This document shows, piece by piece, positions 61,452 to 64,000 of a stretch of DNA of 64,000 nt; position 1 is the first letter of the stretch; every line of letters starts with the position of its first letter. Below the pieces are notes generated by a model, which had not been told where the DNA came from, ran no database searches, and saw only the letters and a program-made list of their open reading frames with translations. A program made the position numbers and the translations under genes. The DNA is from Eledone cirrhosa (taxonomy: Eukaryota), in NCBI GenBank assembly GCA_964016885.1, contig OZ024742.1, forward strand, positions 204,290,001 through 204,354,000, written 5' to 3'.

Positions 61452-61790
61452 AATATATAAGAACAAAAGATGATTAAAGGAGTTCCATGTATTTTATTAT
61501 GCGCATTTCAAAAACAAATATCATCATGCAATAATATTTGTGTTTTCATCAGATAAAACAGGAGGACATGATATGAAAGTTAAAAAACACTTGTGGATAG
61601 TTCAGTTTTAAATCAACATATGTTGATTTAAAACTGAACTATCCACAAGTGTTTTTTAACCTTCATATCATGTCCTCCTGTTTTATCTGATGAAAACACA
61701 AATATTATTGCATGATGATATTTGTTTTTGAAATGCGCATAATAAAATACATGGAACTCCTTTAACCATCTTCTTTTGTTCTTATATATT
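61452..61790. repeat. Spacerless palindrome (~168-bp arms, centre ~61619) of family I
   Basis: TTTTAAATCAACATATGTTGATTTAAAA at the centre. Confidence 0.9.
61681..61747 (+). ncRNA. Type I hammerhead ribozyme, family I (mirror ~61492-61558 on -)
   Basis: TTTTAT CTGATGA AAACACAAATATTAT..ATGATATTTGTTTTT GAAA TGCGCA TA ATAAAA. Confidence 0.85.
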
Positions 61791-61809
61791 ATACTAATAT
61801 ATATATATG

Positions 61810-61873
<64 letters not shown>

Positions 61874-62067
61874 TATATATGTACTAATATATATATATAT
61901 ATACTAATATATATATATATAATATATATAATATATATATATACTAATATATATATATGTATAATATATATATATATATATATACACATGATATATATAA
62001 TATATATATATGTATATATATATATGTATATATATATATTATATATATATATATGTATATATATATG

Positions 62068-62099
<32 letters not shown>

Positions 62100-62112
62100 G
62101 ATATATATATAT

Positions 62113-62146
<34 letters not shown>

Positions 62147-62155
62147 ATATATACA

Positions 62156-62254
<99 letters not shown>

Positions 62255-62399
62255 TTTGAGTATATGTTGGTTGTATACCAACACCTCAGTATACAGGCTG
62301 GAGCACTCGACGAAGTGCGCGGGTCGGTTTGGTTACTCCGGAGTAATGCAAAATAAAGTTAAATAAAAGTCAAATGATTAAAATTTAGCTTCGTTTAGT

Positions 62400-62454
62400 A
62401 CTGCTATATATATTTCTGTGACAGCCATCTTTGGCTGTGACCTCTTCAGGCAGT
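62400..62454 (-). ncRNA. Type I hammerhead ribozyme, family O
   Basis: Reverse complement: ACTGC CTGAAGA gGTcACAGCC aaagat GGCTGTcACa GAAA TATATA TA GCAGT. Confidence 0.8.
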
Positions 62455-62587
62455 CCGAATTAGTGTGGTATAGACAAGTACATATGTTGTTGAGGTGTAT
62501 AATTTTGTCAATACTCTGATATGCCCAGTTCCTCGTTGGGTTGTTATTTCACTGAGGAACTGGAATCATATCTATTATATATATATA

Positions 62588-63618
62588 CTAGCAGTAAAGC
62601 CCGGCGTTGCTCGGGGTCGCTCAGTAGCTGTGTTAAAGTTACAATGTTAAGTTTCTTTCTTGGCTTAAAAACTGTAGTGTCTACTGTGCAGACTTGCATG
62701 TGGTGTTTTTGATTAATATTCCCTCAACCAACAATATGCCTTATGAAGTTAAGAAAACATAACGATAACCCGAATGTTATAACAAAAGAGGATGCTGGGG
62801 ATAAAAACTGCACTGGTTATTTATTAACAAAGATCGAAAATGTAAACACTGCAACGCAGAGAAAAACATTAGCGTAACCAAATTATCAGTTATGTCTGTC
62901 TGCACGCCTATATCACCTCTCTGCACGACTGTCTGTCTGCACGCCTATATCACCTCTCTGCACGACTATCTGTCTGCACGCGTATATCACCTCTCTGCAC
63001 GACTGTCTGTCTGCACGACTGTCTGTCTGCACGACTGTCTGTCTTCACGACTGTCTGTCTGCACGCCTAACGACGAAATATTTGCTTGTTTTACGTAGTC
63101 TTTAAATAGACTTGTTTACAAGTAAAAATATTGTTTTAAAATGCTTTTAAATTGAAATGAAGCAAAACGGAAGCTTAGTGTCGAACTGATGAATTTTGCA
63201 GGTCAATATTTTGCTGGCTCGACAACTGTCTGTTCGTGTATTGTGTTAATGTCGGAAGCTTAGTGTCGAACTGATGAATTTTGCAGGTCAATATTTTGCT
63301 GGCTCGACAACTGTCTGTTCGTGTATTGTGTTAATGTCATTTTAAACGCTGAGAAAGCCAGCGTAATTTTTTACGTAAGACGTTCAATGTAAACAGAACA
63401 AAGGGAAATAACTGATAACTTACGCTCAAAAATCGATACATTATATTCGATTTCGTCACATAGGGTGGGTCAATTTGAATTTTTTTTTTTCCGATGTCTT
63501 CGCTAGGGCTCACTGTACAAGGATAGCAATTTCGGTGCAATTCCGTGAGAGATTCTAAGAGGAGATGTGTGCCAAAAATCGATAGACAGACAGACAACCA
63601 CAGTTTTATATATATAGA
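62588..63618 (-). mobile_element. Non-autonomous Helitron (~1.03 kb) with an internal CTGCACGACTGT minisatellite and an 85-bp duplication
   Basis: Minus strand: A|TCTATATATATAAAA...(GTCT)n ... hairpin CCCGAGCAACGCCGGG ... CTAG|T. Confidence 0.8.
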
Positions 63619-63657
63619 TAAGATCAAAAGATGGTTAAAAGAGTTCCATGTATTATA

Positions 63658-63769
<112 letters not shown>

Positions 63770-63772
63770 TTA

Positions 63773-64000
63773 TTCAGGTTTGAGATTCACCACTGGATAG
63801 AGCTGGTCAATTCCGTATGGTCAATCTCAATGTAATAATATAGAGAGTACTCAACGTAAAGCAGTTCAACCGTCTTTGTTTTTGTAGTTGGTGTTGCTAT
63901 TACGGAGTTAAATATTATAATGAAATGACAGGAGGCTGGAGTTTTGTAAATCCTTGAAAGCTTTATTATACTATGATTATTTCAATGACCGGTTCCGTAT
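63773..64000 (-). mobile_element. Family D pLTR copy, cut by the window end
   Basis: Reverse complement of ~27786-28015; includes the 3' half of the HHR (GAAA TAATCA TA GTAT). Confidence 0.8.

Noticed and set aside
63168-63338. CTGATGA within an 85-bp direct duplication
   Set aside because: No downstream GAAA or stems; it is an internal duplication of the Helitron

Overview
AT-rich, repeat-saturated eukaryotic (animal) DNA with no recognisable host gene. The SINE and LINE repertoire looks molluscan, probably cephalopod or octopus (inference). The window is a mosaic of (TA)n and related microsatellites carrying many insertions: one near-full-length RTE-clade LINE plus two truncated siblings, a second degenerate RTE, an RLE-type LINE fragment, two tRNA-headed SINE families, two non-autonomous Helitrons, and at least six decayed Penelope-like elements (PLEs). 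The PLEs have a GIY-YIG domain and a CxC-x5-CPL-x3-C linker, which fits the Naiad type. The main hidden signal is a dense set of type I hammerhead ribozymes (HHRs). Reading by eye I find about 15 sequence-distinct families and more than 25 copies, several showing compensatory base changes between copies. Most have a family-specific palindrome in place of stem III, several have a greatly enlarged stem II (up to ~105 nt), and some have variant catalytic cores. They sit in retrozyme-like tandem arrays (466 bp, ~553 bp) and in many long fold-back palindromes. All structures were read manually and no folding or database search was run; element boundaries are approximate to a few bases or tens of bases.
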